This document shows positions 55,098 to 64,000 of a DNA stretch of 64,000 nucleotides, piece after piece. The position numbers were made by a program, and so were the translations under genes. The notes below the pieces were generated by a model that made no database searches, had not been told where the DNA came from, and saw only the letters and a program-made list of their open reading frames with translations. The stretch covers positions 25,602,345 through 25,666,344 of the forward strand of contig NC_134028.1 of the NCBI RefSeq assembly GCF_964204645.1, written 5' to 3'. Numbering within the stretch: the stretch's first letter is position 1; the number at the start of each line of letters is the position of its first letter. This DNA comes from Tubulanus polymorphus (taxonomy: Eukaryota > Animalia > Nemertea).

Positions 55098-57490
55098 GTG
55101 AGCTCGAATAGAATATAGATAATTACGGAGCGAAATTGATTCGGGAGAGAAATCCCGAAATTTCCCGAAATATCGCGTGGATGTTTCGAGGTTTTTCGAG
55201 CGTATGATCTCGATTAATCTCGTGCGTCGTAAATCTCGTTAAATTTCGAAATAATAACGCGTCATATTTCATCCGGGTTTCTTTTGATTTTTAATTGCGA
55301 TTTAAAATAACGATTTGTTATCTTTCGATTGAAATCCGTTATGACCGAAAAACGCGCCATTCATTCGAATTCGTCTGAAACAACAAACACAATATTTCGA
55401 TCGTCGTCCCGCGGGATATTTTCATTTCTATTCCTCGTTTTATAATCAACCGTAAGCGTCGTCGACGTTTCAGATTAACAGGAGGAGCGTTTGTGTTTTG
55501 TTTTGTCACCAGACATTTGAGGTTGAAAAATTGAATTAAATTACATGTGAATTAATAATCGAATCGGCGTCAAAGAGCCATATGGTGACATCTAGAGAAA
55601 AGACAAGCCTTTAGGGAGAGAACGCGTATCAAACAATAGATTTCATCACAGAGGCTCCGACTGCAACATCCAGCATTGACACTGCTTATATTTTCAAAGT
55701 TTCTGAAATGCCACTCTCTGGGGCGGAGAACAGATGATTAATTTAAAACCTTCTATATACAGAATTTAAAAGATTAAAATCGAATTTTATTCATCAAGAA
55801 TCAAAATCAAAATACACGATGTTTCGAACTGTCAATAGAGATCATCGTCTGGTGTGACTTTGGTCAATTCACATTTTTAATGCTTTATATTCTAAGTTTT
55901 TACATTATATCTAGAGCTTTTTTCCTCAATCGAATTGAGGAAAAAAAAGTCGGGAAGATACACGATATCCGTGTATGAGAATCTGTAAGAAATCCGTCAA
56001 TAATTTCAGCTGAAGATGGAACGTTCTTGAGTAAAACAGTTTATATTTCGAGCAGCTGTTATGAAATAGGGATTTTACATAGTTTAACCGTAAAAATGTA
56101 TTTCTTATATTTCTTTAAAATACGTTCGGATATGAACTAGTAGGCATCATCAGGCGTGCTGATACAGAATGAATTCATACAACAACCAGACAAACTGAGT
56201 GAGTGATACAAATTAGAAAAGGGGAATACGTTAAGTTAAAGTTGCCCGAAATATTAACTCATTTACTCAAGAAGCTTTCCATTTTTGCTGAACTGATTGT
56301 CGGGTTTCTTGTGAATTGTTTCAATCTAACGTGTAAAATATCACAACACAGAAAGCGCTTAGCTTTCACTATACTCTTTCACTAAAATGTCGATATTTTC
56401 AATTTTCTTTCACATCTATTCACTTGATCGCAGCTGGTGCCCGGGTTCGAGTCCACTTCTATAGACTGGACATTGTTTACAACTCAATGATATCACAGTC
56501 GATACTATGTATATAGAGATCATACGACACCTGTTCAGGCTTTTGTTTTCTATTGATACTCGCCTCGTGGTCATTGTGTTACATCTCGCCGGACTAAAAG
56601 CTGTTTCCCGCCGCTTGGTCACAGTCCGTGCCTATCTCCTGTATAAGCTTACACATGCGTGTCAATGTATAGTGTAGCTGGGTTTCCAAATGATCAGAAA
56701 ATACATTCGAAAAATAGTGATCAACGGTGCGAACAATGTCATGGTGCGAATAAAAATGATATTCGATGGTTTGATTGACCTGCTGTGTTCGGATGATGAC
56801 CCGATGGTGCCATTGTAATGAATTTTATTAACCGTAGTTAATGATGGCTTCGTTTATCGACAAAATAAGAAAAATTGATATTATATAGAAAATGGATTTC
56901 CAGTATTACATTATCCATTATTAGTTCTAAGGAAGGCATAATATACATGATGACATTTTAAAAATTCCGTCTAATTTGCCCACTATCAAAACTAGCAGGA
57001 AAATCGGAAAAGCATCAATTTATTTGAAAATGCAGATGCAATTCGCCTCTCAAATGATTTTCGATGGATTTCGGTGTGGTATACGGCATCATGGTTAACA
57101 GTAGTGAACGCATTGATCAGCACTACTCTGACATCGGTCTGGCTATTATTGACTCCACGTCGTGAATATGATCAATTGTCAGATAATTGTATGAGAAGGA
57201 CCTCCTCGGTCGCTTCTAATCCCATCTGATTAACTCAATAGCCAGTTGATGTGCCTTTAAGAGGTGATCAATTAATTCGTTTGCTAACAGAACAGACCGG
57301 CGCGGCGTGCCGTCGATTTTAAATTGTTTTATCGTTCATTAGTGGCTTCCGACTGCGGGGGCAACAAATCAAACTTCAAAAGATCTCGCGCGATTTTTCG
57401 GAAAAAACCTGTCGTTTTCTTATTTCATATCTCGATTCTTAGCTCACGTGATTTAAGCGTTTATTTTGAAACGTGAAATTATTTTTGCAG

Positions 57491-57688
57491 GTACTATGAG
57501 ACGGGTTCGATAAGGCCCGGTGTTATCGGTGGTTCGAAACCTAAAGTGGCCACGCCCAATGTTGTAGAGGCCATTCTTAAATATAAAGCTGAAAATCCTA
57601 CAATGTTTGCCTGGGAGATTCGCGATATGCTTCTCACCGAAGGCGTCTGTTTACAAGACAATGTTCCCAGCGTCAGTTCCATAAACCG
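57491..57688 (+). CDS. Pax2/5/8: Pax2/5/8 paired-domain exon 2, copy A (linker + RED subdomain); missed by the ORF track
   Basis: tttttgcag|G TAC TAT...AAC CG|gtaaga; 198 nt, open; [66 protein letters not shown]. Confidence 0.92.
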
Positions 57689-57746
57689 GTAAGAATGTTT
57701 TACCTACATGTTTTTCGCTAACAACAATATTAACCGTGGTTTTCAG

Positions 57747-57944
57747 GTATTACGAAACCGGTACTGTGAAACCGGGCGTGATCGGTGGTTCGAAACCGAA
57801 AGTAGCCACCCCTAAAGTCGTCGACGCGATATGCACGTACAAACGAGAGAATCCAACTATGTTCGCATGGGAAATAAGGGATAGGTTACTGGCCGAAGGG
57901 GTCTGTGACCAGGAAAACGTGCCTAGCGTCAGTTCAATAAATAG
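57747..57944 (+). CDS. Pax2/5/8: Pax2/5/8 paired-domain exon 2, copy B
   Basis: ttttcag|G TAT TAC...AAT AG|gtaaga; 198 nt; [66 protein letters not shown]. Confidence 0.95.
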
Positions 57945-60386
57945 GTAAGAACACGTGTATATGTCGTATCAGTGTCCGTTATTAGCTTTTTTGGCTGTAG
58001 CCTTTTTTTTTAAACTTAAATCATTTCGAAATGAAAATGTTAGAATAGTTTAGAATCGTCCCACGGCTAGTAACCTAACCGTTATGTCCACTGCCCCGAC
58101 CTTAGGTCCGCGTTTTATACGACATATATTGTTTCAGAATAGCAACATATCGTCCGTCGTCAGTGTAAATATGCTGGCTAATTGTAACTTTGAGACAAAG
58201 ATAGATATTCTAAAAGATGCACGCGGGCTCAACAATATCGATCCCCGGCCCGTATAAGATTGCTCAGGACATAGAAACCACTTGACTATTGTCAACACAC
58301 GTGTCCCGTATCAGCGTGGCCACTGGTCATCCACGAACTGGTCAACTTGCCGACCGATTTTATCTAGACATCACACGGAAATTCGCGGTGAATAAAGTTT
58401 TATCTCCGACCACCAGAGCACAGCAGCATTTGAAGATGTTATGATTGATCGATAACGCCTTCGGGCATTTATTTCAACCGGACTCCGAATATAGATATGA
58501 TTTTGGAATAATAGCCTACTGACATGTCTTATTTAATTATCGACTCGTTCTCGGTGGTTTTTATTAATTGATGGCCTATCGGTCGCATCTACTAGCGTTT
58601 AAAAAAAAGTGAATGCGATCCCGGGCTGCTCTTTGTCTTGTCTCTTTCGAGAATAGACAGACTACACGATGGTATCAGTAAACGTAGAAAGGCCGCGCGT
58701 GTCCCTACGATTTTATGAGCTCGAATTCATTTATGTCACTGTCAACACGTTCAGTGAAATCGCCGACTGCGCCGAGATATTTTAAAGACATCCATAAAAT
58801 CATCTGAATCGCGATACGCTGTTCTTTCTCATCGACGAAGAGAAAGGAAGTAATTTTAAAGAAATTGTGTGTATACAATGCGCGCGCAAGTCAAACAGAC
58901 GACATTTCAGCGCGTGTTCGTCTGCTGAAATGACTTCCGGTGGCGCCGGTGCTCCTGGCGGGCCCACGCGATGTTTCTATTTATTACAACGACAGAAATT
59001 GTATCAAAAAATAACGACGACAATTTAAATGTCGCGCACTCAAACGAATTACGCAGCTGGCTTCCGCAGTGGTTAAAACGATGAACAGAATGAATATCAT
59101 GAAAAATATTTACGAACGGACTATGATCTTTTATTGTTTGAATTTTTTTTGAATTGAGACGTAAAATGATCGGATCCGCGTGCGGAAAAATTGCTCAAAA
59201 TTCTTCCGTTTTTTTTTTTTAATTCGAACGGCAACCTCGATTCTTTTGAACAATGGACATTGGATAATCAGAACTCGTGCTTTCTTTAATGACAGTTCGT
59301 TCGCTGTATATTTGGCCATTTTCACTTCACAATAGAAAACGCGTTATGTCCATCCGACCAGAAATATCGTGTTTAATGAAGCGAGATGTTCGTCTGAAAC
59401 TCGGCATCTGTGAGAATCCAGTCACTTCATCAGAAATGACCGTTCTTCGCTAAAATACGCAGATTCCGTTTCCAATTAAAAGTCAACACTGCATGAATTC
59501 TGGCTCGTTATAATTCACTATTAATTCAATCAGACTCGTATAACTCGTCGCCGACGAAAATATGTCGTTAGAAGTTTCTCCGTCGTGTCGTGGGCTTCGG
59601 CTGACATCTTTTCTTACCGTCTTTTTCCCGACGGTTGACGAAGATTGCCGATAGAATAATACGATGTGACGGCGATGATTTGTTTAATTGAATTTGAGGG
59701 TAGGAATTAAGACGTCAGCACTATTGAGCGTTAATGTTATAAGCCTAAGGCGTTGATATTGAGGCCGACTATACCCAGCACCCAGCCGGTTCACGTGAAA
59801 TTTAATACAAGATGTTCCGATTTTAAAGTCATCAAAGTAACATTTTGGACAATGAAAACTAGCGCAAACCAGCTATTACGCGCGAGCGCTGTCAGACGGG
59901 CATGTCATCGGGAATTTTCTCGAGAGAAAATCTTAATGGCTTCAATTTTTGAAATTTAATTACACGGTCAGATAGCCGGGGAAAATGTGTTTTGAGTTGA
60001 TGGCTTCATCTGCCACGAGTTAAAATCCGCAGTCGTTTTAATTATCGTATTTGAAACGCGAATATTCAATAGGAATTTGTATTGGATTTTGTCCGTTTTA
60101 TACTTTCAAATTTGTGATGTTTTTGATCATGAATTTCGTGAGGTTCGCGAGGCACAATGCGTCCCACGGTTCTAGTCGCGCCCTCTTGCACACCTGTCTA
60201 TATCATGTTACGCGATAAAGGGGAAATTGTTAAATGAAATATGAATGATGAAATTTAAAACTTTTTTTAATACTCACCTTTCCTAACATACTAACTATGA
60301 AAAGGTCACGATAGGCGTTATGAAAAATGTCGTCTTTCTGTTATGGCAAAATGAAAGAAAAAATGTTTCGATTTTTGTAATTTCAG

Positions 60387-60664
60387 AATCGTGCGAAATA
60401 AGGCTGCCGAGAAGGCCAAACATCAGCATCAACATCAGCAGCAACAACACACGCCGGGTCAACATCCAGGTCCGGTGCACAGTCCGAACAGCGGGGCCGT
60501 GTTAAACCCTCACACGCCGCCGCCGGAACATTTACTATCGAGACAAGGGTCGTATTCGATCAGCGGGATATTAGGTATCCCTCATCCGAACGGCGCCGCG
60601 CACACCCCGCAACAAGCGCACACCGACATAAACAGCAATAAACGAAAAAGAGAACCCGATGTTG
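60387..60664 (+). CDS. Pax2/5/8: Pax2/5/8 exon with the end of the paired domain, the octapeptide and a basic NLS-like motif
   Basis: IVRNKAAEKAK...GSYSISGILGIP (octapeptide/eh1)...NKRKRE; phases 2 and 1 are consistent with the neighbouring exons. Confidence 0.92.
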
Positions 60665-63191
60665 GTAAGTTGAATAATAATAATTCATGCAAAAATATTC
60701 TCAAATCGCTTTCCGAGAATCGGACGAAAAGAAGAAATTATACGACATCATAAAACGTCGTGAAATTGTGTTTTTTTTATTGTCTCGGGGAGTTTGTGAA
60801 TGAATTGTTGATCTAGAAATAAAACTAAATGCAAAAACGTGCGAAATAAACCGCGCTCAAGCGAAAGTTGCGACTGTAGCCGCGGCGGATTATAACACTC
60901 ATTTTTTATGATACGTGGCGCGATAGTTTTTTGTTTATCGGTTCGTTTCGAGAGACGACGTCGATATACTAGGGAAATAAACCCCAGCGACAATACGACC
61001 ATCGACCCGGTGCCTCTTGTTTTTATGCCGGCATTCTCCATTACAAAAACCGATCCGAATAGAAGCCGTGGCGACATGTATAAACGCCATGAGTATTGAC
61101 TGCCATTTCCTCTTTCCTCTGCGTCGCGGTCTTTAATGGCCGCTGAGAAAACACGACCGACATGAACAAACGACATTAACTCGACCGAAATTACCCTTCT
61201 AATTGTTAAATAATGGAATCCAATCCGATATTCGTATTTTCATATCGACGCTAATAGAATGGTTATTAGCAATCTTGTATGACTGATTCGCTGTGATAAA
61301 GATATTGCAACGCATGCCGGTTATCGTGATTGCCCCTTTCAGTCGCGACCGGCATCAATCTTCTAGCCGCGATCTGTAATCCAAATTCGCTCAGACAGCC
61401 GCATTCTGGCCTATTATCTACCGAAATTAACGGATTTATGACAATATCCGCCGTCGAAATCATATCCAATAGTAATCCATTGTCGCCGGAACTTATCGGG
61501 TCAATTTTTTATTTACTCATTCGGACACATCTGTATAGACTGCATCGCGATATGAATATTTAATTTTTTGAAAATTAATTTTTGCTCTTCGTTCCAAACC
61601 AGCGGTTCGTTTCAAAAGTAGCTATAAATATTGAATCAGTCGGTATGCTTTTTTTTTTCATTAGATCACGACAAGGTGCTCGTTTGTCCCGAGAGTTCGT
61701 ATTTTTTCCTGTCTATTCACACGGGTCTGCAGATTTCATCGAAATTTTCGAAATATTCCCGAGTCCTTTGTGGGAACGATATATCATTTTTCAACTCGTG
61801 CGTCCCGCCAGAAGCTCCATGGGAATTTCATTGTAATCAAAATTCGATAATCGAATTTAGTCCTAATTTCAAAAGACAATGAAGCACAGTTTGATATGAA
61901 CTATGCTCGAGACGCGTAGAACACGGAAGTTTATTGTTTCTGCACATTCGACCGTTTAGCTAGGATAATATTACGCTACTCGATTTCAGTTCGGAAGCCG
62001 ACAGTGGAGTTAAACCTGAAACAATTTCTACTCGAGTTACTCCGGTGCTTAATCGGGTTGAAAATCGCACTGTCGGCTGGATAAAAGCTCGGCAACTTTC
62101 CGGCGACGAAAGCTGTCAAGTTTTCCCCGAACTCGCTAAACCGTATCGGCTGCTATAATGGACGGCTTCGACGTTCCGTCGTTTTCGGGGGTGACAGAGG
62201 GCGACCTTTCGAACAATAGTCGACGTAAGATATCGCACATTTCGAGTTGTTATCGGCACGTACGAGTATCGGCGTGATTTGTACGCGCACGTGACTAGGC
62301 GACGGTTTCGAACTAACTGAAGCAAAATTAATACAAAAATTACCCCTTAAACGATCGTCGTATTAAAAGAGTCAATGACTAACAGTGAAATGTTGCCTCT
62401 TATAGTAGCCCCCGGTAGCGAAGCTGGACGCATAAGTTTTGCGTTGAGAAAATCATTTTCTTCGAGAATTTATTAACCGTCCGTGGACGTGGATGGATCT
62501 TTTCGCCGAAGGGCAAAGGAATGAATTTATTTGCAATTTTGCCGCCGTCCTAGCAGGGGTCGACATAAAAACAGCATATAATTGCCGGTTTCGAAAACTC
62601 TAGCACACCACAACATGCGGTAACATTATGGTTGCTATGCGTTGGTTGAGTTTATTTCGTTAGAGCCATTGCCCGGTCTCCGCTATCCCATTTACGGCGA
62701 CAAATAAAAACAGTTTAAAATCGTGTTTATCTCATAAAACACGACGGTTTTCATCGCTGTCCGTTTCGAACCCATTCAACAAACCGTCGACAAACCCCTC
62801 GATTGCTAACTGAGGCGTTAATACAGAAAAATGCCGTCGACAAAGATTGTCTTGCTTTGGCGACTACTGAAGAGGTTCGGACACTCCCACAAGCCGTGTA
62901 CCCATTGTACGGGACGATGTTGTTTGCGAAAAATGTACTTGAAATCGATGTTCTTTACTTCCGCTCCGTGCGGTAGAATATCAAACATATGCCACGGAAA
63001 TCCCGCGAACTTTTGATATTTTTCCTTGAGTTTTTTTCAATCGGTGAAACCAATATCGATATCATTTATAGACGCATTATAAGTAGATATTATAGAATTT
63101 AAGCGCCCAGTCCTTATTTAGACTAATGTATAGATACGAACTGATGATAAAATAGAATCGCAAATAGAATATCAAATATTTGTTTTTGCAG

Positions 63192-63586
63192 TACCGAACG
63201 GTGACCACGAAGCTAACAATAATGAACAAAGACCCGATTTAGAGGTAGGTCTGAAATCATGCTTTCGAACTTGTCCTCGAAGATGAAATTAGATTTTCTA
63301 ATAATTTTTTGTTATTTTGTAAAGGGCAAAGAAGGTGATTTATACGGACCTTTGAGTATGTGGTATAAAAAAGCGAAACCGGAACCGGAAATGCAATCGG
63401 CATCGATGGGAAATGTGTACTCTATGCAATATCAACAGTACATACCAGTATCAGCGACAACCGCAGAACCTCAGAAAAACAATTCCGATTATAACATGCA
63501 AAACCAAATAGTCATGACGTCACAGTCTAACGGCGCATCAGACGGACAAAATACAAACAACAGCGGCCATTACAGTCCAACCATGG
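63192..63586 (+). CDS. Pax2/5/8: Pax2/5/8 downstream exons 63192-63244 and 63325-63586; the gene continues past the window
   Basis: Phase-consistent VPNGDHEANNNEQRPDLE|GKEGDLYGPLSMWYKKAKPEP...HYSPTM G|gtaagt. Confidence 0.75.
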
Positions 63587-64000
63587 GTAAGTTGATTTAA
63601 TCTTATTTTTACAATTTTGCTTCATTTCATGGCTTAAAAAGTGCTTCAGTTTATGATTGATTTATTTATTTTGTAAAATGTATTTGTATTCAGTCGGTAT
63701 AGATAAAGTTGTAACTCTAACACGAAACGTGGCTCGGTATACATCTCTCACTTATTCGTTAGTGCAATCGTGTATTCAAATTCTCGGTCTACTATATTAC
63801 CATACAATATATGCCCGAGATGACATTTCGTTTTAAGATCACCAAAACCTGATAAACGAGCCAATTTCCTGATCATATAATCTGAATTAATGTATACCAT
63901 ACCGAGCCGAGTTCAACGCTATCAACTAATTTCTTTTCTTCACCGGTTTCCGCCCACTTGCAACGACGGAGGCGACGCGTTCTTCTCATCTAAACGCGAG

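Noticed and set aside
57491-57944. Duplicated Pax exon as an assembly or haplotype artefact
   Set aside because: The copies are highly diverged at synonymous sites and their flanking introns are unrelated, which does not fit allelic duplication.

Overview
AT-rich, intron-containing eukaryotic DNA from a protostome invertebrate, probably a lophotrochozoan (a miR-2 family hairpin is present; no prokaryotic features). Left to right: (1) a 3-exon secreted collagen/C1q gene (+, 886-8082) that appears nested antisense in a large intron of (2) DNA ligase I (-, 7 N-terminal exons, 12262-9291; catalytic exons not in the window). The LIG1 introns carry an unannotated co-oriented microRNA cluster: one miR-2-family hairpin and three divergent miR-29-seed hairpins, with an E2F site next to the ATG. 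(3) RPS15A (-, complete, 130 aa) lies head-to-head with (4) a multi-exon coiled-coil/acidic/HEAT-repeat gene (+, 15966-23788). (5) Two tandem small SET/post-SET genes have uninterrupted coding regions. (6) After a gene-poor stretch comes a Pax2/5/8 locus (+, about 37.4 kb to past the window end) with three candidate alternative N-termini and a tandemly duplicated, probably mutually exclusive, paired-domain exon. Many palindromic MITEs are scattered through the introns. All gene models were built by hand from splice signals and reading-frame phase; no searches were run.
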